29,645 nt of DNA from Candidatus Woesearchaeota archaeon (lineage in GTDB: Archaea; Nanobdellota; Nanobdellia; Pacearchaeales; GW2011-AR1): NCBI GenBank assembly GCA_964446915.1, contig CAYUQG010000001.1, forward strand, positions 1 through 29,645. The letters are read 5' to 3'. A program made the position numbers and the translations under genes. The stretch's first letter is position 1. Each line of letters begins with the position of its first letter. Shown here in pieces: positions 23,350-29,645 of this stretch. The notes under the pieces are model-generated. The model was not told the DNA's origin. It ran no database searches and saw nothing but the letters and a program-made list of their open reading frames with translations.

Positions 23350-23655
23350 TTATCTATTTTTTTTAATAGTTTCAAGTAGTTTATTTGTTTCATCTTCATT
23401 TAATCCAATATCCACAAAAATTTTTCCAAGATCTTCTTTATCTTCTGGCATTAAATCAATTATTTTACTTATGTGTTTTTGATCCACTTTCACAAGATTC
23501 AAATCACTTATTTTTTTTCTTAATTCAACAGCTTTTTCAAGTTTTAATGTTATAAATTTTTTAATAAATCCAACTATTTCTGTTTCACTTTCATTATCTT
23601 TTCTGAGGTATGCACTTGTTTCAGTCATGCTTAAAGGTTTATTATTTTTTATCAT
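23350..23655 (-). CDS. rpoF: DNA-directed RNA polymerase subunit F (Rpo4)
   Basis: LKLEKAVELRKKISDL....ISKIIDLMPEDKEDLGKIFVDIGLNEDETNKLLETIKK parallels archaeal RpoF. It lies downstream of L21e. The track start at 23664 is a TTG; the ATG is at 23655. Confidence 0.75.
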   Translation of the reverse strand: MIKNNKPLSMTETSAYLRKDNESETEIVGFIKKFITLKLEKAVELRKKISDLNLVKVDQKHISKIIDLMPEDKEDLGKIFVDIGLNEDETNKLLETIKKNR

Positions 23656-23923
23656 CTTTTTCAATTTTAATCTGCTTTATTTTTTTTAAATGTATTGGCT
23701 GAAGAAGGTATTCCTTTTCCTTTTTTTTATCTTTAACTTTTACAATATATGCTCTTCCTTTTTTTGATTCCACAACCCCTGTTCTTCCATTTAAACTTTT
23801 TGGAAAACTAGGTTGAAGTGCTCGTTCTAATACAATAGAAACAGCATCGCCTTGTTCTAATTTTTGAAAGTATCGACTAAGCTGAAGTTTACCACGCGTG
23901 CGAATTTTTTTACGCCTAACCAT
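23642..23923 (-). CDS. rpl21e: 50S ribosomal protein L21e (eL21)
   Basis: MVRRKKIRTRGKLQLSRYFQKLEQGDAVSIV...NGRTGVVESKKGRAYIVKV. Confidence 0.9.
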   Translation of the reverse strand: MVRRKKIRTRGKLQLSRYFQKLEQGDAVSIVLERALQPSFPKSLNGRTGVVESKKGRAYIVKVKDKKKEKEYLLQPIHLKKIKQIKIEKDDKK

Positions 23924-23966
23924 AACTTACCAAAAAACATTCTATTTAAAAAACTATCTTTTATCA

Positions 23967-24164
23967 TCAAGAAAACTTATTTGTAGAATTGTCAAGATTT
24001 GTTCGTGAATGGCACAAATCCCCGTTTTCTCTTGCGTTTTCCATGTTTGTTTTTATTGTATCAAAAAGTTTTTTTCCAAAAGAACGAATTCCACATCTCT
24101 CACAAAAATCGATTACACTTTCTTGTGAAATTTCAGAACCGCAATAAATACATTTTTTCGCCAT
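23967..24164 (-). CDS. small zinc-ribbon protein (hypothetical, 65 aa)
   Basis: MAKKCIYCGSEISQESVIDFCERCG has CxxC..CxxC. The longer track ORF (to 24278) adds an implausible hydrophobic leader. Confidence 0.5.
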   Translation of the reverse strand: MAKKCIYCGSEISQESVIDFCERCGIRSFGKKLFDTIKTNMENARENGDLCHSRTNLDNSTNKFS

Positions 24165-24536
24165 TTTTCTCTTTTGAAAAACAAAAAAACCAAAACCAGT
24201 TTTTAAATATTTGTGTGGTTTTTTGGAAATATATTTTAATTCCATCAGGCAAAATTTTATCTGCAGAACTATCTGCATTATTGGTTGTTAAGAGTTTATC
24301 AGAATAGAAGAAATAGTCTGCATAACTTTTAATAATTAATTTGCCCACCAAAGAGGTTTTTTTTGGATTAACATCCTCTTTTTATACCAAAACTTATTTC
24401 CAGATATTTAAACAAAGTTTTCATCAAGAAGTTCATGTTCTATAACTTCTAAGAATTTATCAAAAATTATAGAAGTACTTCGTTTCAGCAATTTCTTTTA
24501 CTCGAAGATTAAAATCATAATTTTTTTCTTTTAATT

Positions 24537-25751
24537 TCACTCATATCTCAAAGCATCAGCAGGTTTCAATTTTGAAGCTTGCATTGCTGGAAAAACACCT
24601 GAAAGAGTTCCAATTAAAAAAGAAAAAGTTAAAGCACCAACAATCAAATACCAAGGGAATCTTGCTTGTAACAGGTTTGTTCCAAGTCCAATTTTTGCAA
24701 TATATTCTGTTAATTTTCCTAACCCCACTCCCAGAGCAATTCCTAATGCCCCCCCAGTCAATCCAAGTAAACCAGATTCAAATAAAAAGATTTGTAAAAC
24801 ATCTGAATTTTTTGCACCAACAGCTTTCATAGTTCCAATTTCTTTTGTTCTTTCTAAAACAGCTGTATACATTGTATTCATAATTCCGATTCCTCCAACA
24901 AAGAGAGATATTGCAGCTATCCCAATAAGAACTGCTTGAACAATCCCAAAAATACTTGAAAAACTTTCTAAAAGTTGCTCAAAGGTTTGAACAGTAAAAG
25001 TTTCTTGTCCTTCTTTTTCACCTCTAAATTTTCTTAAATCTTTTTTAATTTTTTCAGCAACTTTTTCAGGATTTAGCCCTTCTGCAATTTTTATTTCCAA
25101 AATACTTTCTTCATCCCCAAGGTTCATAATTTCTTTTAGGGTTTCTTTTGGAATGTAAATAGTAGAATCGTCATTTGGGTCTCCTGTTTTTTTTGTAATC
25201 CCAATAACTCTAAATTCCTGTCCTTCAATGTAAATTTTACTCCCAACACTAATTTCTTTTTCAAAAATATTCCCAGAATAATAATTAGATCCCACAACTG
25301 CCTTGTATTTTTCTCCTTTATCAAAAACATTTCCTTCTGCAACATTTAAATAATCAAATTCTCTTTGCCAAAAATCAATGTCCTTAGGGTCAATTCCTCC
25401 AATGTAACCAACATTAAATTCTTCTTTATATGATACTCTTCCTATTTTGCTTACATACCCAACAACATTTTCAACCTCTTTCATATTTTTTACAAATTCT
25501 AAATCTTTTGAAGTTAATTTTAAAGAATCGCTTGTTGAAGAACCAAATTGAAATAAAGAACCAGGATAAATCATTATTTTGTCACTTCCTATTTTTTCAA
25601 ACTGGTCCTCAATAGCTCCCTGTAATCCTTGGCCTAAAGAAATTAAAGCAACAACAGCAGCAATTCCAATGAAAATGCCAATCATAGTAAGCCAAGCTCT
25701 AAGCTTTCTTCTCTTTAAATTATTAAATGCTAAAAAGAAATAATCTCTCAT
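24537..25751 (-). CDS. ABC transporter permease, FtsX/MacB type
   Basis: 404 aa. An N-terminal TM helix is followed by a large extracytoplasmic domain and a C-terminal FtsX 3-TM bundle (ERTKEIGTMKAVGAKNSDVLQIFLFESGLLGLTGGALG). Confidence 0.88.
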   Translation of the reverse strand: MRDYFFLAFNNLKRRKLRAWLTMIGIFIGIAAVVALISLGQGLQGAIEDQFEKIGSDKIMIYPGSLFQFGSSTSDSLKLTSKDLEFVKNMKEVENVVGYVSKIGRVSYKEEFNVGYIGGIDPKDIDFWQREFDYLNVAEGNVFDKGEKYKAVVGSNYYSGNIFEKEISVGSKIYIEGQEFRVIGITKKTGDPNDDSTIYIPKETLKEIMNLGDEESILEIKIAEGLNPEKVAEKIKKDLRKFRGEKEGQETFTVQTFEQLLESFSSIFGIVQAVLIGIAAISLFVGGIGIMNTMYTAVLERTKEIGTMKAVGAKNSDVLQIFLFESGLLGLTGGALGIALGVGLGKLTEYIAKIGLGTNLLQARFPWYLIVGALTFSFLIGTLSGVFPAMQASKLKPADALRYE

Positions 25752-25752
25752 T

Positions 25753-26619
25753 TTATTTAGTGTTTTTCTTCTTTTTTCTTCTTTTTTGGAAACTTCTAAT
25801 GAAAATTCCTACCACAATTATTACAATAATAATCCCCAGAATATAGTTTGGTTTTTTTGCAAGACCCAAAGTTTGGGCTTCTTTTAAAGAGTATGTTCTC
25901 AAAGTAACTGTTTTTATTTGTGTAAATTCTTTATTTGTGGCATCTCTAAATTTTAAAGTTATAGGAAGATTAATTATGCTTTGAGCATTTTCATCAAGAT
26001 AAACTTGATAATCTAAAGAATCATAATCATCACTATCAATATCTCCGATATATTGTTCTTTTTCAGAAAGGAAACTTATTCCATTCATATTCCCAACAGA
26101 AAAATAAACAAATTTAACATCTGCTAAACCAGAATTAATTATTTTCAAAGAAAAACTATTTTCACGCCCCCTTATTAAAGCAGAAGGTTCTTCAACAGAA
26201 ATTTTTAATTCAGGTTCTGCATTTACAGTAATACTAATTAATTCTGTTTTTATCGAAGTATTCCCATCTTCATCTTCATAGTTTATTTGAACAGGCACTT
26301 TGTAAATCCCAGAAGAAGTTGAAGGCAAAACAATTAATCTGTATGTAAACTTTTCATCGTCTCCTTCAAGAAGTTCTTCAACAAATTTTTCAGAACTGGA
26401 TTGATAAGGTGCAAAAGGGCTTTCACTTAAATCTAATTTTACATTTAAATTAAAAACATCTTTTTCAAATGTGTTCTCGATTTCAATTGTTATGCTTGCA
26501 GTTCCCCCTGGTTCAACTTGAAGGGGAGAACTAGAAACATCTTTAATTGAAATAGCTGAAACCGAGCTTAAACTAAGCAAAAGAATACAAAATACGAATA
26601 AAAGGTTTTTTGATGTCAT
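25753..26619 (-). CDS. surface protein with two Ig-like (COG1361/CARDB-like) domains, signal peptide and C-terminal TM anchor
   Basis: Signal peptide LLFVFCILLLSLSSVSA. Repeated beta-sandwich-like segments (PGGTASITIEIENTFEKDV.. and RGRENSFSLKIINSGLADV..). C-terminal ILGIIIVIIVVGIFI followed by KRRKKKK. Confidence 0.65.
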   Translation of the reverse strand: MTSKNLLFVFCILLLSLSSVSAISIKDVSSSPLQVEPGGTASITIEIENTFEKDVFNLNVKLDLSESPFAPYQSSSEKFVEELLEGDDEKFTYRLIVLPSTSSGIYKVPVQINYEDEDGNTSIKTELISITVNAEPELKISVEEPSALIRGRENSFSLKIINSGLADVKFVYFSVGNMNGISFLSEKEQYIGDIDSDDYDSLDYQVYLDENAQSIINLPITLKFRDATNKEFTQIKTVTLRTYSLKEAQTLGLAKKPNYILGIIIVIIVVGIFIRSFQKRRKKKKNTK

Positions 26620-27308
26620 TTTCTTGTTTTTTGATAAACTATCTTCCCATCTTGTATTTTTAAAACTTTCTTGGCATAATCAATAAGGTTTATATCATGT
26701 GTAACAAGAATAATAGTTTTCCCTTCTTTATTTAAATTAACAAAAAGTTGCATAATATCTTTTCCTGTTTTCGTATCAAGATTTCCTGTGGGTTCATCTG
26801 CAAGTATCACTTCTGGATTATTTGCAAGTGCCCTCCCAATAGCTACTCTTTGTCTTTCTCCACCAGAAAGTTCATTTGGAAGGTGATCTCTTCTGTGTTC
26901 TAATTGAACCTCTTTTAAAATTTTTTCAGCTCTTTTTATTCTTTCGTTTCTTTCAATTTTATGAAACATTATGGGAAGAGCAATATTCTCTAATGCAGTT
27001 AAAGTTGGAATTAAATTAAACGTTTGAAACACAAAACCAATTTTACTGCCCCGTATTTGTGCAAGTTCAGATTCTTCAAGATGTTCTATGTCTTGACCAT
27101 CAAGATAAATTTCCCCTTCAGAAGAAAAGTCTAAAGCCCCAATCATATTCATTAATGTGCTTTTTCCAGACCCGCTTGGGCCGATAATTACAACAAAATC
27201 CCCTTTTGTTATTTCTACGCTTACCCCATCAAGAGCTTTTACAATACTTTTTCCCATAAAATAATGTTTATACACATTTTCGAGCCGTATTATTTGTTCT
27301 TTTACCAT
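26616..27308 (-). CDS. ABC transporter ATP-binding protein (MacB/LolD-like, COG1136)
   Basis: Walker A GPSGSGKST, Q-loop, signature LSGGERQR, Walker B ILADEPT and H-loop VTHD. ATGA overlap with the downstream gene. Confidence 0.93.
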   Translation of the reverse strand: MVKEQIIRLENVYKHYFMGKSIVKALDGVSVEITKGDFVVIIGPSGSGKSTLMNMIGALDFSSEGEIYLDGQDIEHLEESELAQIRGSKIGFVFQTFNLIPTLTALENIALPIMFHKIERNERIKRAEKILKEVQLEHRRDHLPNELSGGERQRVAIGRALANNPEVILADEPTGNLDTKTGKDIMQLFVNLNKEGKTIILVTHDINLIDYAKKVLKIQDGKIVYQKTRK

Positions 27309-27383
27309 TATTTTCAGAACGTTAAAGTGTATATAAATTTAATGAATCACAAGTTTTAAAAACAAAAAGAAAGAACTAATATT

Positions 27384-27581
27384 ATGATAATCCCTGTTAG
27401 ATGCTTTTCATGTGGAAAACCAATTGGTCACCTATGGGAAGAATTCAAAAAGCGAATAGCAGAAGGAAAAAACGCAAAAAAAGTTTTAGATGAGCTTGGA
27501 TTAGAAAGATTTTGTTGCAGAGCAGTTTTCTTAGGTCAAGAAGATTCAATCGAACTTGTTGGAAGGTTTAATAAGAGTTAA
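27384..27581 (+). CDS. rpoN: DNA-directed RNA polymerase subunit N (Rpo10)
   Basis: MIIPVRCFSCGKPIGHLWEEF....LGLERFCCRAVFLG is the Rpb10/RpoN zinc-bundle signature. Confidence 0.92.
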   Translation: MIIPVRCFSCGKPIGHLWEEFKKRIAEGKNAKKVLDELGLERFCCRAVFLGQEDSIELVGRFNKS

Positions 27582-27615
27582 TAATATAACTTAATAGTTA
27601 CAACAATAGAAGGAT

Positions 27616-27623
27616 TTTTATAC
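27616..27623 (+). promoter_or_regulatory. TATA box (TTTTATAC) for the 27644 gene
   Basis: Lies 28 nt upstream of the ATG. Same octamer and spacing as 14790-14797. Confidence 0.45.
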
Positions 27624-27643
27624 TATTCTGCATTATATTTTTT

Positions 27644-28063
27644 ATGCTATTAGGACAATTCAACCAAAAATACTTTGAGTCTTTAGAAGGGCATGAGAAA
27701 ATTCTTCCACCAAGCAATAGAACTATTTATTATACAATAATTTTGAAAGGGATTAAGATTGGTGTTGTTGGTTATTTTATTCCTTTTTTCCCTAAGCATT
27801 CTGGATTTATACAACTTGCAATTGAACCAAAATTTAGGGGTAAGGGCTTAGCAGAATCTGCAACAAAAATGTTAATAAAAAAAGACAATCTTGAAATTTT
27901 ATTTTCTACACTTGATAAATCAAATAGTTCTTCATTAAAATTCTTATTAAAATCTGGTTTTAAGTTTGTCTCTAAAGAAAGGATGAATGATTTAAGGCAA
28001 AAAGGTTTTCTTGAAGAAAATGAATTAAGATTAATTAAATTTTGTTGGGGGGATTTAAATTAA
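27644..28063 (+). CDS. GNAT-family N-acetyltransferase
   Basis: LAIEPKFRGKGLAESATKMLIKK is the acetyl-CoA-binding motif A (R-x-x-G-x-G/A). Length is 139 aa. Confidence 0.7.
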   Translation: MLLGQFNQKYFESLEGHEKILPPSNRTIYYTIILKGIKIGVVGYFIPFFPKHSGFIQLAIEPKFRGKGLAESATKMLIKKDNLEILFSTLDKSNSSSLKFLLKSGFKFVSKERMNDLRQKGFLEENELRLIKFCWGDLN

Positions 28064-28064
28064 A

Positions 28065-28847
28065 ATGAAAATTATTGATTGCCATAACCATTTGCATTTT
28101 GAAAGATGGCTTGCTAAAGATTATCCGGAAAATGATTTTATCGTGAATACTTATTGTCATCGGAATTTTGGAGAGCAAGATATTTTAAAAAATATGGAGG
28201 AAGCAGGGATATATAAAACAATTGTTTTCCCAATGCCAAGCAAATATGTTGATTTGGAAAAAGCAAATAATTATATTTTAGAACAAGCAAAATTGCATTC
28301 AGAAATAATCCCTTTTTCAGTTATTGACACAAAACCAGAATATTGGATTTCAAAAGGAGCAAAAGGATTTAAAGAACATGACTATGGTCAATATACTTTT
28401 AGAGATAAAATAACAAGACAACCTACTTTTGCACAAGATTTTAAAGAGACTTACAAGTTTATGGAAGAACAAGGATTACCTTTAATTTTACATGCAGGCT
28501 CAAACAGAATTGAGAGGATTCAACAAGATATTTACAAAGACACGCCAAATTTGAAAATAATTTTAGCACATCTTGGAGCAGATTACAATCCTTTAGATAA
28601 AAATCAAATCCTGAAAACTCTTAAAGAACTTAAAAATTTTCCAAAACTTTGGTTTGACATTTCTACGATAAATGAAATTGGAATTCTTAAAGAAGCTTTT
28701 AACCTTGTTGGAAGTGAAAAACTTTTGTTTGGTTCTGATTTCCCAGAAGAATCACCGAAAAAAACTTTAGCAAGATTATCTCTTTTAAAGTTGCCTAAAA
28801 AAGATTTGGAAAATGTTTTATATAAAAATATAGAAGGGATTCTTTAA
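28065..28847 (+). CDS. metal-dependent amidohydrolase-fold (TIM-barrel) hydrolase
   Basis: IIDCHNHLHF (HxH), ILHAG, ILAHLGA and LFGSDFP, the pattern of COG2159-like amidohydrolases. Confidence 0.75.
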   Translation: MKIIDCHNHLHFERWLAKDYPENDFIVNTYCHRNFGEQDILKNMEEAGIYKTIVFPMPSKYVDLEKANNYILEQAKLHSEIIPFSVIDTKPEYWISKGAKGFKEHDYGQYTFRDKITRQPTFAQDFKETYKFMEEQGLPLILHAGSNRIERIQQDIYKDTPNLKIILAHLGADYNPLDKNQILKTLKELKNFPKLWFDISTINEIGILKEAFNLVGSEKLLFGSDFPEESPKKTLARLSLLKLPKKDLENVLYKNIEGIL

Positions 28848-29107
28848 CTAATTTTCCACCTATTAATAATCCCACACTTTTCACAAACAATTGATTTAAT
28901 TCCTTTTTTTATTCTAATTTTTTCCTTCCCAGAAAAAGCAGTTAAACATTTTTTACAAAATAATTTTCTTTTTTCTTTTAATGGAATTTTTTTATTCATT
29001 GCAAGTTTTTTAATTTTCTTAATTTCTTTAGGTGTTTTGTTTTTTATATTAGAAAAAAATTCATTAACTTGTTTTTCAGTTTCTGTTTTTGAGATTTTAA
29101 AATTCAT
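28844..29107 (-). CDS. rnp4: RNase P protein component 4 (Rpp21/Rpr2 family)
   Basis: 87 aa. A basic helical N-terminus is followed by a zinc ribbon CKKCLTAF....VCEKCGIINRW. Confidence 0.7.
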   Translation of the reverse strand: MNFKISKTETEKQVNEFFSNIKNKTPKEIKKIKKLAMNKKIPLKEKRKLFCKKCLTAFSGKEKIRIKKGIKSIVCEKCGIINRWKIS

Positions 29108-29125
29108 AATTTCCTAAAGAAAAAT

Positions 29126-29350
29126 TTACTTTAATGCTTTTCCCTTATCTTTTTGTGTGGGATAATATAATTTTTTATATTTAGAGGAGTATTCTATATA
29201 TTCTTTTTCTTTAAGAGTCCTAAATGCTATTTTTATCATTAAGGGGGCTAATCTCCTAAAGAACTCGTCTGGATTTGAAATTGTTGAGCATTCTTTTTTG
29301 TTTGTGTGGTTGAGGTTTTTAAAATACCTGTGGATGCAATTTGTTATTTT
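29126..29350 (-). pseudogene. 74-codon stop-free continuation of the 29352..29645 ORF in a shifted frame
   Basis: Hand translation gives KITNCIHRYFKNLNHTNKKECSTISNPDEFFRRLAPLMIKIAFRTLKEKEYIEYSSKYKKLYYPTQKDKGKALK*. It has no ATG near its 5' end and begins 1 nt after the upstream stop. Confidence 0.4.
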
Positions 29351-29351
29351 T

Positions 29352-29645
29352 TTACAAAAGGGGGTCTTCTCTTTGATTCCTTATTGCATCTGTATAGATG
29401 GAGAACCCACCTGTACATGTTCTTTCTTCTAAGTAATCTTTCACCCAGTTTGGAAAAAAATGTATTAAGTTATTATTGTTTATTAAGTGAGTAATATATT
29501 CTCTTCCGTATTTAGAACAAACACCTTCCCATTCTTCAAATTTTGAGGTTAGTTCGTTAAAGTTCCGTAAGCGGGCTATCTTTCTTTCAATTCTCTTTTC
29601 TAATTCTTTTTTAAGCTCTTGAATTCTTTGCTTTTTTCCTTCCAT
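29352..29645 (-). CDS. hypothetical protein; N-terminus may extend beyond the window, 3' part apparently frameshifted
   Basis: 97-aa ORF ending at a TAA beside C5/T4/A7 homopolymers. The coiled-coil-like N-terminus is KKQRIQELKKELEKRIERKIARL. Confidence 0.45.
   Translation of the reverse strand: MEGKKQRIQELKKELEKRIERKIARLRNFNELTSKFEEWEGVCSKYGREYITHLINNNNLIHFFPNWVKDYLEERTCTGGFSIYTDAIRNQREDPLL

Noticed and set aside
24165-24536. 372-bp ORF-free gap between the FtsX permease and the zinc-ribbon gene, including the hairpin CAAAGAGG-N18-CCTCTTT (about 24349-24382), and the track ORFs 23999..24307 and 24133..24351
   Set aside because: Composition is as AT-rich as the background and I see no C/D-box or other RNA signature. 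The hairpin is short and could simply be a terminator or chance. The ORFs are low-complexity and overlap the promoter region of the zinc-ribbon gene. It is worth a covariance-model scan but I cannot support a call.
22228-25615. Assorted plus-strand or nested track ORFs (22228..22473, 23217..23399, 24572..24832, 25136..25345, 25430..25615)
   Set aside because: All overlap well-supported minus-strand genes (S4/S13, DUF655, FtsX permease) and translate to low-complexity sequence.

Overview
AT-rich (by eye about 30% G+C, not computed), very compact archaeal chromosomal segment. The archaeal assignment rests on PolD, Orc1/Cdc6, L18e, L21e and RpoD/F/N. A small-genome DPANN-type host is only an inference, from lysine-rich proteins, tiny intergenic gaps and frequent stop/start overlaps.

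Main content:
1. A minus-strand replication module: orc1/cdc6, a truncated HIT-like ORF, PolD small subunit and PolD large subunit. It is preceded by a 620-bp gene-free, almost pure A/T region with inverted ORB-like dyads and an (ATT)11 tract, which I call a candidate oriC.
2. A minus-strand ribosomal/RNAP block: L21e, RpoF, DUF655, S13, S4, S11, RpoD, tRNA-Leu(CAA), L18e, L13, S9.
3. A MacB-type ABC ATPase, a COG1361-like surface protein and an FtsX permease.
4. Housekeeping genes: M16 peptidase, DRG-like GTPase, TyrRS, RpoN, RNase P Rpp21, GNAT and amidohydrolase.

The least ordinary stretch is 13.7-19.1 kb:
- Five small origin-proximal genes, three of them with wHTH domains.
- A convergent pair of paralogous coiled-coil/wHTH genes carrying DNA-level tandem repeats. 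One of these contains a third ORB-like box inside its CDS.
- Iteron-like 18-bp repeats, then about 960 bp with no credible long ORF.
- A HAD-like/P-loop kinase/short serine recombinase cassette bracketed by GTGCAC-containing repeats. It sits exactly where the canonical S9-RpoN linkage is broken.

A divergent pair of bacterial-looking envelope genes (an 8-strand beta-barrel-like protein and a lipobox protein) lies next to PolD. No CRISPR array, rRNA or intein was seen. All calls come from reading the sequence and recalling family motifs; no searches were run.
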